From contig JAZDFD010000035.1 in the NCBI GenBank assembly GCA_043808155.1, positions 1 to 21,053 of the forward strand: a DNA stretch of 21,053 bases, given 5' to 3'. Both the position numbers and the translations under genes were made by a program. This document shows positions 1 to 8,201 of this stretch, in pieces. The DNA comes from Candidatus Iainarchaeum sp. Its GTDB lineage: Archaea > Iainarchaeota > Iainarchaeia > Iainarchaeales > JAZDFD01. Numbering within the stretch: the stretch's first letter is position 1; every line of letters begins with the position of its first letter. The notes under the pieces were generated by a model that saw only the letters and a program-made list of their open reading frames with translations, was not told the origin of the DNA and made no database searches.

Positions 1-1
1 T

Positions 2-2062
2 GTCTGAGATTGTTACTTCAATTCCTTCAAAGTAATCATTGACTTCAATGTCAACATTTTCTTCAAAGTCGCCTGTGTTTTCAACAAGCAAAGTGAAAAC
101 CTCAAACTTTCCTCTTTCAATTTTTAGATCGTTATTCACAAGGTCTACATCTACTTCGTTTGTGCCTTCCAAATAAACACATGTACTTTCTTTTGTGTTA
201 TAGTCGTCATCCCATGCATATACTATGATTTCGTGTCTTCCAGTGTCATCTGTTTTTCTTGATTTGACTTCAAATTCAAGAGTTACACGTTCATAGCTGT
301 CTAAGTAAACAGGTACGTGGTCTTTCAATTCAGTTGGAAGATCTGAAACAACCTGCAGGTCAACTCTTATGTCATCGTTTGTGATGTTTTTAAGAGTGAA
401 AGTGTATGTTGTTTTTTCACCTTTCTCAATTCTTTTGCATGAACTCTGCAAAGTTAATGTAAATTCTTTATCTTTATTTATAGGGTTAGGAATACCACAA
501 TCCTTAACATAGATTCTTGCTGTATCTGAATAAGTTTTGCTTCCTGACTTTGCATAGATGTTAATGTATTTTGTTCCTGTTGAAATTCTGTCTGGAACCC
601 AGATTTTCAGTGTAACATCTTCTGAATCATAAGCGCTCAGATAAATGTATTTATCTGTGAAATAAGGCAGGAACATTTCTGGCTCTGCTGAGAGTTCTAT
701 ATCTCTTCCGTAGTTTGCGTTGTTTTTGATTTCAACATTAACTTCATTATATTCGCCTCTGCAAACTGTTTTGTATGTTGCATCTAATGTGATTGAATCA
801 GTTATAGGTCCATCCGCATTTACGTAAACTGTTATGTTTTCAGTTTTGGGTCCATTAATGTACTTTGCTTCAAGTTCTACATTATATGTTCCGGTATTTG
901 CGTTGTTAGTTTCGATGTAAACTGTAACACTTTTGGAACTGTCTGCACCTAACCAAAATCGGTCTGTGTTAACACTTGAATTAATGTAGCTTGAATTGTC
1001 ACTTACTGATAAATCAACGTAAGTTTCTTGGTCACCTGTGTTTCTAACATCGTATGAAACACTGTCTGAATCATATCTGTCCATAGTGACTGTTCTGCCA
1101 CTTGGTGAAAATTCAATGTTAGCGTTTACAGGAGGTGTAGGTGTATTTACATTAACAGTTGTAACCACAATTTTTCCTTTGCCGTCATAATCTGCGCGTA
1201 AATTAACTCCGTATGTTCCGTTAGGTGCGTTAGTTGTTGTAATATTAACAGTAACGTCTTTTGAATTCCCAGGAGCTAATGAAAATCCGCCTGTATTTAC
1301 ACTTGAACTAACGTAATTCGCTTTAGAGTTCTTGCTTGTACTGAGCGTAACGTAAGCTGCTGTTCCGCCTGTGTTCTTAAGTGTGTAAGTAACACTTGTA
1401 GAACCATTTTTCTCCATGTTGACACTTTTGCCACTCGAAGTAAATATTATATTAGCGTTTGGAACTGAAGGAATTGGTTTGTTTAATGCGGCTTCAATTT
1501 CGCCTATTAATGTATTGTAATTTGGATCAAATAATTTCTTGCCGTTAACAAACACAGTAGGAGTATCATAAACTCCGTTTGCCTTCCCATCCTGGTAGTC
1601 ATCTGTGATTTCGCTTAAGTGTGCATTGTTTTCAAGGCATCTGGTGAAACCGTCGTTTGTTATTCCGTTGTATTGGGCAATGGCTTCGAAAACATTTTTC
1701 TGTGTTTCGTCGTTTTTACCTGCCCACTGATTATATCTGTTGAACAGTCCGACATAAAACTGAGTAAATTTTCCATAGTCATCTGCACATTCCGCTGCGT
1801 TTGCTGCATCAAATCCCTCATCGCTTGCAAAGTCCTTCACAATTAGCTGGACTTTACCTGCGTCTATGTAGTCTGACCACAAAGGAATCAGTACCTCGTA
1901 CATAAAATCTCTGTCGTCTGCATCTGAAAAGTCAACAAACTGTATTACTTTTACAGGTGCATTTGATTCACCCAAATATGGGTCTCCTAATGTTGGAATT
2001 GCTGCAAAAACATTTGTTGCAAGAACCAACACCATTGCTATTGCCAATAATATTTTTCTCAT
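2..2062 (-). CDS. Secreted/surface protein, truncated at window edge (>=687 aa): signal peptide + DsbA/BdbD-like thioredoxin-fold domain lacking CxxC + >=5 tandem Ig-like (CARDB/NEW3-like) beta-sandwich repeats
   Basis: Manual translation (not in ORF track because it runs off the window): MRKILLAIAMVLVLATNVFA-AIPTLGDPYLGESNAPVKVIQFVDFSDADDRDF...AANAAECADDYGKF...FTRCLE...GVYDTPTVFVNGK, then repeats with 'TYTLKNTG', 'SYDVRNTG', 'NVEIKNN', 'TFTLKNIT', 'TLLVENTG'. No stop to position 2. GGGGGG SD-like motif upstream of ATG at 2062. Confidence 0.9.
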   Translation of the reverse strand, partial: MRKILLAIAMVLVLATNVFAAIPTLGDPYLGESNAPVKVIQFVDFSDADDRDFMYEVLIPLWSDYIDAGKVQLIVKDFASDEGFDAANAAECADDYGKFTQFYVGLFNRYNQWAGKNDETQKNVFEAIAQYNGITNDGFTRCLENNAHLSEITDDYQDGKANGVYDTPTVFVNGKKLFDPNYNTLIGEIEAALNKPIPSVPNANIIFTSSGKSVNMEKNGSTSVTYTLKNTGGTAAYVTLSTSKNSKANYVSSSVNTGGFSLAPGNSKDVTVNITTTNAPNGTYGVNLRADYDGKGKIVVTTVNVNTPTPPVNANIEFSPSGRTVTMDRYDSDSVSYDVRNTGDQETYVDLSVSDNSSYINSSVNTDRFWLGADSSKSVTVYIETNNANTGTYNVELEAKYINGPKTENITVYVNADGPITDSITLDATYKTVCRGEYNEVNVEIKNNANYGRDIELSAEPEMFLPYFTDKYIYLSAYDSEDVTLKIWVPDRISTGTKYINIYAKSGSKTYSDTARIYVKDCGIPNPINKDKEFTLTLQSSCKRIEKGEKTTYTFTLKNITNDDIRVDLQVVSDLPTELKDHVPVYLDSYERVTLEFEVKSRKTDDTGRHEIIVYAWDDDYNTKESTCVYLEGTNEVDVDLVNNDLKIERGKFEVFTLLVENTGDFEENVDIEVNDYFEGIEVTISD
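820..1459 (-). repeat. Two closely similar ~111-aa Ig-like domains (intragenic duplication)
   Basis: NANIIFTSSGKSVNMEKNGSTSVTYTLKNTG...SSVNTGGFSL...GTYGVNL vs NANIEFSPSGRTVTMDRYDSDSVSYDVRNTG...SSVNTDRFWL...GTYNVEL; repeat starts at 1459 and 1126 (period 333 nt). Confidence 0.85.
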
Positions 2063-2076
2063 TGTTTTATCCCCCC

Positions 2077-2610
2077 TCACTTAGTAATCCTCTTGGTATA
2101 TCTTGAAATAAAGGCAATTAACAGAATTGCTGCGATTACAACAAGCACAACATTAAAGACTATTTCTGAAAGTCCTGCATTGCTTGCTGCACCAAATAAT
2201 GTGAAAAAACCGCTTGCAAGCGCAATCTCACCTACCGCTTCTTCACTATTTTCTGTTCCTCTAAATTTAATTATCATATTTGTAACTTGAGTTTCGTTTC
2301 CGAGATTTATAATCAACTGACTTTCAAAAACAGATCCTTCAAAACCTTTTTCAGGATAAATAGTCATAGACACTTTTCTCGATTCATGAGGTCTAAGTTC
2401 ACTTGGATAATTACTTATGTCATAATCTGCAGAAGTTGCAAAATTAATCTGCAGTTCTTTTGAAACTGAACTTCTGTTTTCTACAACAAATGTAATTTCT
2501 TTCGGACTGTCAAAAATATACACTGGATTTGGAACATATGTTTTAAGCTCCATTGCTGACACACTTGAAATAAGCAATGCCAACATGATTAGTAATGCTG
2601 TTAGTCTCAT
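2077..2610 (-). CDS. Membrane-anchored single Ig-like domain protein (signal peptide, C-terminal TM helix)
   Basis: N-terminal MRLTALLIMLALLISSVSA; beta-rich core 'ITFVVENRS...ELRPHESRKVSMTI'; C-terminal hydrophobic helix followed by basic tail SRYTKRITK; GGGGG SD; 14-nt gap to the next gene suggests an operon. Confidence 0.85.
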   Translation of the reverse strand: MRLTALLIMLALLISSVSAMELKTYVPNPVYIFDSPKEITFVVENRSSVSKELQINFATSADYDISNYPSELRPHESRKVSMTIYPEKGFEGSVFESQLIINLGNETQVTNMIIKFRGTENSEEAVGEIALASGFFTLFGAASNAGLSEIVFNVVLVVIAAILLIAFISRYTKRITK

Positions 2611-2676
2611 GTCTTGACCCCCAAGTTATGTATTAACTTATTAACATTAACACTAATATAAACTGCTCCCCCTATC

Positions 2677-2701
2677 CTTTATAAAGCTTACGGAAAGCTT
2701 A
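2677..2701 (-). promoter_or_regulatory. Putative TATA box for the surface-protein operon, with an AAAGCTTA direct repeat
   Basis: CTTTATAAAG palindrome at 2677-2686, about 70 nt upstream of the 2610 start; AAAGCTTA occurs twice 11 nt apart. Confidence 0.4.
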
Positions 2702-2774
2702 GAATCCATACTTTCAGCCATAAATGACATTTTTGGGGTATTTATCTTCTGTTATAAATAGTATTAGGATATCT

Positions 2775-3371
2775 CTAAATATAGTCTTCTAATTCTTCCT
2801 GTGTCATTCCAATTTCTTCAATATTTTGCTTAGTTATTTCTTCGTTAATAGTTCCGCCTTCCATTAGGATTAGCACAGAATCTTTCTGAAGCAGCAATAT
2901 TACATCTCCCCCTGCAGGAGATATAAAAACATTACAAATATCCTCATAATCTAATCTTGCTCCAAAATCACCGCCGTTTACAACAAAACTAGCTTCTAAT
3001 CCAGTCATATATTTTGCAGCAGAAGCTGCATTCTCAAATTTAAGAACCATTATTTTCGCGTTTAATCCATCTATTTCCGCGCCCTCAACCCCGTCCTCAA
3101 CAAAAGTTTCTGCCTCTCCCTCGTACATGGTTTCAGCAATTTCTCTTGGAGACCTATTTTCCAGATTCAAATTTTTAATTTTTTCAATTTCATCAATTAC
3201 AATCGGAATTTTAAGGGAAGTATCATCCAGCGCTCCAAATTTATCTGCCACAGCTGCAGGAGAAACTCTCCCAAAGAAAAACAAAAAGTAAATTGCTAAA
3301 ATTAAAATAACCGCCCCGCCTGCAGCAATGTAAAGGTTCTTTTTATTTTTCATCAAATTTTTAATATCCAT
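2775..3371 (-). CDS. Hypothetical membrane-anchored acidic protein (single N-terminal TM helix)
   Basis: Basic N-terminus, then LYIAAGGAVILILAIYFLFFFG; start overlaps the upstream stop (TAATG). Confidence 0.8.
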   Translation of the reverse strand: MDIKNLMKNKKNLYIAAGGAVILILAIYFLFFFGRVSPAAVADKFGALDDTSLKIPIVIDEIEKIKNLNLENRSPREIAETMYEGEAETFVEDGVEGAEIDGLNAKIMVLKFENAASAAKYMTGLEASFVVNGGDFGARLDYEDICNVFISPAGGDVILLLQKDSVLILMEGGTINEEITKQNIEEIGMTQEELEDYI

Positions 3372-6235
3372 TATTCAAAACCCGCTTCTTCTTTAATTTC
3401 TTTTAAATGCTCATGCATCTCATCATATGTTTCCATAAAATCATCGTAATCCTGCTTTTTTTCTTCCATATATTCATCAATATCTACAGCTCCTAAAAAG
3501 TTCATAACTTTTACAGAAAGAGCTGGTTTTTCCTTGTAAATCATAATGCTGTCCCTGTACTGCATTATGTTTTCTATTTTTTTCATAACTATGAATCCTT
3601 CTGCATGCGAAAAATATTCCTGAAATTGTTCTTTTGTTCTCGTTTCTGATTCTGATTTTGGAATTAGTTCGTGTATTTTTTGTGCGTGATATGCTGAAGC
3701 CAAATTTATTGAAGCCATTTCTATTTCATAGTTCATTGAAGCATTTGCAATTTCTTCATTGAACACTGCATTTGAAATATCTGCAAGCAGAACCATTGGT
3801 CCTGAACCTGCAACAGCAATTCCCTTCATAATAATATAATCGACTTTTGGAATTCCGACTTTTCCAGACGCAAGCTGGTCTGCCTCATACATTCCGCCAT
3901 AAATTGACGTCATGTTGTCTGTAAAACTGAATAAAGTTCCGGCATTCCCTGCAAGGTCTCCTGCAGTTTTAAGATTTCGCAATGTTTCAAACTGTTCAGG
4001 TGCCTGCAAAGCAGCATCTACTACAGAAGCGAATGTATGCACATACTTAATTCCTTTCGAAAGTGTTTTGAAATATCCTAAATTTTTTGCATTGTACATG
4101 TGCAGTTGCGCTTTTTCAAATTCATATCTTGCTATGTCCTCCCAATTATTTGTTGCAGCAGCATAACCCCCCAAGCCATAAAACATTGGCCTGACATAAT
4201 CTTTTCTGTAATCCTCAATAGCCTGTTCCGGAGAGCCAGTTAACTGCCTTCCAAAAAGATCATATGCCGACCCCAAATTTGAAATCCCTTCTGCATAACT
4301 GACACAAAAATTTTCTACGCACTTTCCATTAGAACAATCACCTTCTCCGCAGCAATTTGGCACACCTTCATCAGTACCTTCATGAACTATTTCTAATTCC
4401 CCATTGCAGCAAATACTCGAACGCAAATATCCCCCTCCGGAATCTTGTGCTCTGACTACAACTCCCTCCTTGTTTTTTATGCAGCCTTTTGAATCTCTTT
4501 GTGCTCCCTTGTAAGAGTCAGTATACAAACAACAACCATCTGCACAATCTGAATTAGCTTCACACCTTCCGCCAGAAGGGGAAGGCGGTTCATATATTTC
4601 ACCGCATTTGTAATTCCTGCATTCATAATCCGAGTAACAGCCATAATTCGGGTCATCTGTGGTGCAGCAGTCAGTTCCTTTCACAAAATTTGGAATCCAG
4701 GTTCCATCTCCGCAGCACGTTCCTGATTCTCCAGTAGTACATTTTTTGATGCCGCCACTAAATTCATTGCAAGTAAAACCTTGAGAGCAATCTATGTGTG
4801 ATGTGCAAATTTCACAAGCTCCTTTCCTTACAGATTTTCCTGAAGCAGATAAAAAGATTTCATCAAAATAACCATTACCGTTTGCATAAGTACTGCTTGT
4901 TCCCATGCAAACATATATGTAAGAAACTTGCGGAGTGCAGCTTACAGAATATTCAACCCAGGTTTCCTTGTTGTTAATCCCGTGCACATAACCTTCTTTT
5001 GTTTCACAATCTCCGCCACCCATCATCTCATCCGGATCTTTAGTTGAAAGCCAGAATGAAAGATCACTTTCAGCTTCTGTGTAAAGTCCTTCAGGAGACT
5101 GGTATTCAATACCCTCAGTCCAGACCCAGGCTTTTGCAACATATCTTGTTCCTGAAGAAACATTTACTTTTTGGCAAAGATAACCTGCCTTTTGGGTGTC
5201 ATCATCATAAACATAGTAACCCCTTTCTCCATTGTAAGTTTCCCATTGCAGTTCTATACTTGCGTTATCTTCTTCGTAAACCCATCCATAGTGAACCCAG
5301 GAAGTTTCATCATCATAATCCTCAAAGCTTGGGTTCTTTAGAAGATTTTGGAAAGCATTTTCTCTTTCACAATAATTGTAAGTTCTGTTGCACACGAAAT
5401 TTGGTTTACACTCGTTATCAAAAACACAGCAGGTTCTGAAGAAAGGGCAACAGTACGCTGCATCAATTCCTTTTTCCCTGTTGCACCAAGTTCCTTTTAC
5501 GCATTGGACTTCATTGGTACACTGCGCTCCCTGAGGCCTGTCCCAGAACTCAGAGTCATCTTCAGTATACTGGCTGTAATCAACTTCCCAAGGTTCTAAA
5601 TCATCATACTCATAATCGCTGTCAGAGTCTGCATCACTATCTGAATCCCCATCTGAGCCTCCGGCTTCAACACATGCATAATTTACACAAACATCTCCTC
5701 CATAACAATCTGCAGTTGTTCTGCAGCAATCAGGCCAGACATCACAGCAAATGTTCATTGACCCACTGCACATTTCTGATTTGCAGTCTCCATTATCATT
5801 GCAATAATCTCCTGCATCTCCCTTTTCAGTCACTCCGCAATCTGAAGGGCAGGAACTATCCTCACCCCAGTCACATTCATTATCCCCGCAGTAAGGGTCA
5901 GAGGGCCTGCAGACTAAGTGCACACAATTTCCAGAAATGCATTGATTGTCCACAGAACATTCATACCCGTTTTCAAACTGGTTTTTAACACATTTAAAAT
6001 TAGATTCATCACAATTCCATGAAATTCCCTTTTCTTTACAATCATAATCTTCTATGCAGCAATCATAACCTGCTGCACAGCAGAGGTTGGTATATTGCGC
6101 AGGAACCCAGTCGCAATTTCCGGAATCGCAACCATTATCACTATTGCAGTATTCCCCATCCGCTGCTGCAAAAACAAAGGGCATAATTGAAATTACCATA
6201 ATCAGCAGAATGAGAGCTATCTTTTCAGAAACCAT
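3371..6235 (-). CDS. Large secreted cysteine-rich repeat protein with central CBM4/9-like beta-sandwich and Cys-free helical C-terminal domain
   Basis: Signal peptide (..MPFVFA); repeated C-x5-C-x4-C...CC-x4/5-CC-x5-C modules; DSDSDADSDSD linker; 'NLLKNPSFED...YFDEIFL' typical of galactose-binding/CBM4_9-like folds; last ~300 aa have no Cys and look helical. Confidence 0.85.
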   Translation of the reverse strand: MVSEKIALILLIMVISIMPFVFAAADGEYCNSDNGCDSGNCDWVPAQYTNLCCAAGYDCCIEDYDCKEKGISWNCDESNFKCVKNQFENGYECSVDNQCISGNCVHLVCRPSDPYCGDNECDWGEDSSCPSDCGVTEKGDAGDYCNDNGDCKSEMCSGSMNICCDVWPDCCRTTADCYGGDVCVNYACVEAGGSDGDSDSDADSDSDYEYDDLEPWEVDYSQYTEDDSEFWDRPQGAQCTNEVQCVKGTWCNREKGIDAAYCCPFFRTCCVFDNECKPNFVCNRTYNYCERENAFQNLLKNPSFEDYDDETSWVHYGWVYEEDNASIELQWETYNGERGYYVYDDDTQKAGYLCQKVNVSSGTRYVAKAWVWTEGIEYQSPEGLYTEAESDLSFWLSTKDPDEMMGGGDCETKEGYVHGINNKETWVEYSVSCTPQVSYIYVCMGTSSTYANGNGYFDEIFLSASGKSVRKGACEICTSHIDCSQGFTCNEFSGGIKKCTTGESGTCCGDGTWIPNFVKGTDCCTTDDPNYGCYSDYECRNYKCGEIYEPPSPSGGRCEANSDCADGCCLYTDSYKGAQRDSKGCIKNKEGVVVRAQDSGGGYLRSSICCNGELEIVHEGTDEGVPNCCGEGDCSNGKCVENFCVSYAEGISNLGSAYDLFGRQLTGSPEQAIEDYRKDYVRPMFYGLGGYAAATNNWEDIARYEFEKAQLHMYNAKNLGYFKTLSKGIKYVHTFASVVDAALQAPEQFETLRNLKTAGDLAGNAGTLFSFTDNMTSIYGGMYEADQLASGKVGIPKVDYIIMKGIAVAGSGPMVLLADISNAVFNEEIANASMNYEIEMASINLASAYHAQKIHELIPKSESETRTKEQFQEYFSHAEGFIVMKKIENIMQYRDSIMIYKEKPALSVKVMNFLGAVDIDEYMEEKKQDYDDFMETYDEMHEHLKEIKEEAGFE

Positions 6236-6273
6236 TTGATTAAGTAATATTTTTCTAATATTTAAAAGTTGCC

Positions 6274-6858
6274 TCAGTACTCATATACTCTCAAAGCCTT
6301 CTTTCTGAGCATTACTTTCAGCAAATCTGCTTTTGTAACAATCCCTGTCAGTTTCCCTTTTTTTGACACAAGTAAGGCTGCATTATAATTCAAAAGATCT
6401 GAAACAATCTCAACAGGTGTTGAAGCCTGTATCACTGGCAAAGATTCATCCATCACTTCTGAAACTTTAATGTCACTCAAATTCTTACTCCCAATTTCAT
6501 TTACTTTTGAAAGTATGGTTTTTTCAGAAACAGTTCCAATGCAGTGGCCATGTTCAATTACAGGGATTTGTGAAATTCCCTTTCGCTCCATTAATGAAAT
6601 TGCTTTTTTTATAGAGTCATTTCCTTTAACTGATTCAATTCTATTGATCATAATGTCTGAAACTTTCAGTGCAGATTCCATTCCAAGTTTTTCAAGTGAA
6701 TCAAAAATCCTTTTTGCTTTGTCATAAGTAGGAATGATTTTACCTGATTCAACTTTTGCAATCAAACTCTGGGAAACTTTTGTAATGTTAGCCAACTCAC
6801 TCTGTGTCAGATTCATCTGTTTTCTTCTTCTTTTGATTTCGTCAATTTCGGGAAGCAT
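6274..6858 (-). CDS. XRE-type HTH + tandem CBS domain transcriptional regulator (COG3620-like)
   Basis: IKRRRKQMNLTQSELANITKVSQSLIAKVESGKIIP HTH_3 signature; two CBS repeats (VSDIM...GISQIPV...; VSEVM...GIVTKADLL). ATG at 6858 (MLPEID) is preferred over the track's 6888 start. Confidence 0.92.
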   Translation of the reverse strand: MLPEIDEIKRRRKQMNLTQSELANITKVSQSLIAKVESGKIIPTYDKAKRIFDSLEKLGMESALKVSDIMINRIESVKGNDSIKKAISLMERKGISQIPVIEHGHCIGTVSEKTILSKVNEIGSKNLSDIKVSEVMDESLPVIQASTPVEIVSDLLNYNAALLVSKKGKLTGIVTKADLLKVMLRKKALRVYEY

Positions 6859-6895
6859 AATCAATTCACTACTAAATTTATACCACAAATCTTTT

Positions 6896-6911
6896 TATTC
6901 TTATTGGAATA
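6896..6911. promoter_or_regulatory. Candidate operator palindrome TATTC-N6-GAATA in the divergent regulator/metK promoter
   Basis: Inverted repeat visible near the centre of the intergenic region; it is short and AT-rich, so it could be chance. Confidence 0.35.
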
Positions 6912-6952
6912 TTTAATGCAAAAAATTATGATTATAAAGATAAGGTGATTCA

Positions 6953-6973
6953 ATGCTTCAAGAAATTACTTAA
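6953..6973 (+). CDS. Candidate leader peptide / uORF MLQEIT upstream of metK
   Basis: AAGGTGA SD + TTCA + ATG CTT CAA GAA ATT ACT TAA TAA; the 13-mer AGGTGATTCAATG is identical to the initiation region of the gene at 13425. Confidence 0.5.
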   Translation: MLQEIT

Positions 6974-6999
6974 TAATTAACAAAATTTGGAGTGATAAA

Positions 7000-8160
7000 A
7001 TGAGTGATAGAAAATATTTCTTTACTTCGGAGTGCGTAACAGAAGGCCACCCTGATAAAGTGTGTGATCAGATAAGTGACGGCATTTTAGATGCAATCTA
7101 TACTGATGACCCTCAGGGAAGAGTTGCTGTTGAAACACTTGTAACAACCGGAATGGTTATTGTTGCCGGCGAAGTAACAACAACCACATATGTTGATGTT
7201 CAGAGCGTAGTAAGAAACGTTTTGAAAAGAATAGGTTATGACAATCCTGAATGCGGATTTGATTACCAAAGTGTCGGAGTTTTAACTGCAATTCACGAAC
7301 AAAGCCCAGACATTGCACAGGGTGTTGATGAAAAAGCAGAACATGAACAGGGTGCAGGTGATCAGGGTTTAATGTTTGGTTATGCAACAAACGAAACAGA
7401 AAATTTCATGCCATTACCAATTGACTTAGCACACAAACTTACAATGAAATTAACAGAAGTAAGAAAAAACGGAACTCTGGATTACTTACGACCCGATGGA
7501 AAAAGTCAGGTAACAATTGAATACGAAGACGGAAAACCAAAAAGAATCGAGGCAGTTGTAATTGCTGCACACCATTCTGCAGATGTAGACATGGAAAAAC
7601 TAAGAGCAGACATTAAAGAAAAAGTAATAATGCCTGTTTGCGGTGATTTGATTGATGAAAACACAAAGTTTCACATTAACGCAACTGGTGCATTTGTTTT
7701 AGGCGGACCTCCAGCAGATACAGGGCTTACAGGAAGAAAAATAATTGTTGACACTTATGGCGGTCATGGATCACATGGCGGAGGTTGTTTCTCAGGAAAA
7801 GACCCTACAAAGGTTGACAGATCTGCATCCTATATGGCAAGATATATTGCAAAGAACATTGTTGCCGCAGGTTTAGCAGACAAATGTGAAGTTCAGCTTG
7901 CATACTGTATTGGTGTTGCAGAACCTGTAAGTGTTTTAGTTTCCACTCACGGAACAAACAAAGTTCCTGAGGAAAAAATTGAAGAAGCAGTAAAGAAAAT
8001 ATTTCCTCTTAAACCCGCTGCAATTATTAAACACCTGAACTTAAGAAGGCCAATTTTCAGTAAAACAGCAGCTTATGGCCACTTCGGAAGAAACGACCCG
8101 GACTTCACTTGGGAAAAAACCGATAAAATTGAGGAACTTACAAAAGCAGTAGGGCTGTAA
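7000..8160 (+). CDS. metK: S-adenosylmethionine synthetase (bacterial/eukaryotic-type MAT)
   Basis: [66 protein letters not shown] motifs; GGAGTGA SD. Confidence 0.98.
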   Translation: MSDRKYFFTSECVTEGHPDKVCDQISDGILDAIYTDDPQGRVAVETLVTTGMVIVAGEVTTTTYVDVQSVVRNVLKRIGYDNPECGFDYQSVGVLTAIHEQSPDIAQGVDEKAEHEQGAGDQGLMFGYATNETENFMPLPIDLAHKLTMKLTEVRKNGTLDYLRPDGKSQVTIEYEDGKPKRIEAVVIAAHHSADVDMEKLRADIKEKVIMPVCGDLIDENTKFHINATGAFVLGGPPADTGLTGRKIIVDTYGGHGSHGGGCFSGKDPTKVDRSASYMARYIAKNIVAAGLADKCEVQLAYCIGVAEPVSVLVSTHGTNKVPEEKIEEAVKKIFPLKPAAIIKHLNLRRPIFSKTAAYGHFGRNDPDFTWEKTDKIEELTKAVGL

Positions 8161-8181
8161 TGCCCTTTTTTATTTCTTTTT
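8151..8181 (+). terminator. Hairpin + T-tract terminator after metK
   Basis: AGGGC-TGTAAT-GCCCT spanning the stop codon, followed by TTTTTATTTCTTTTT. Confidence 0.6.
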
Positions 8182-8201
8182 ATTTATTATATCTTTAACT
8201 T

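Noticed and set aside
1619-1846. 75-aa + strand ORF
   Set aside because: Antisense to the long DsbA-Ig gene; no coding features.
2626-2658. ATTAAC short repeats in the leader of the surface-protein operon
   Set aside because: Too short and AT-rich to distinguish from chance.
5606-5660. Ser-Asp repeat (DSDSDADSDSD) as a nucleotide tandem repeat
   Set aside because: Codons vary; it is a protein-level acidic linker, not a DNA repeat.
6859-6999. SAM riboswitch upstream of metK
   Set aside because: The leader is AT-rich and short, with no SAM-I/II/III consensus or stable helices.
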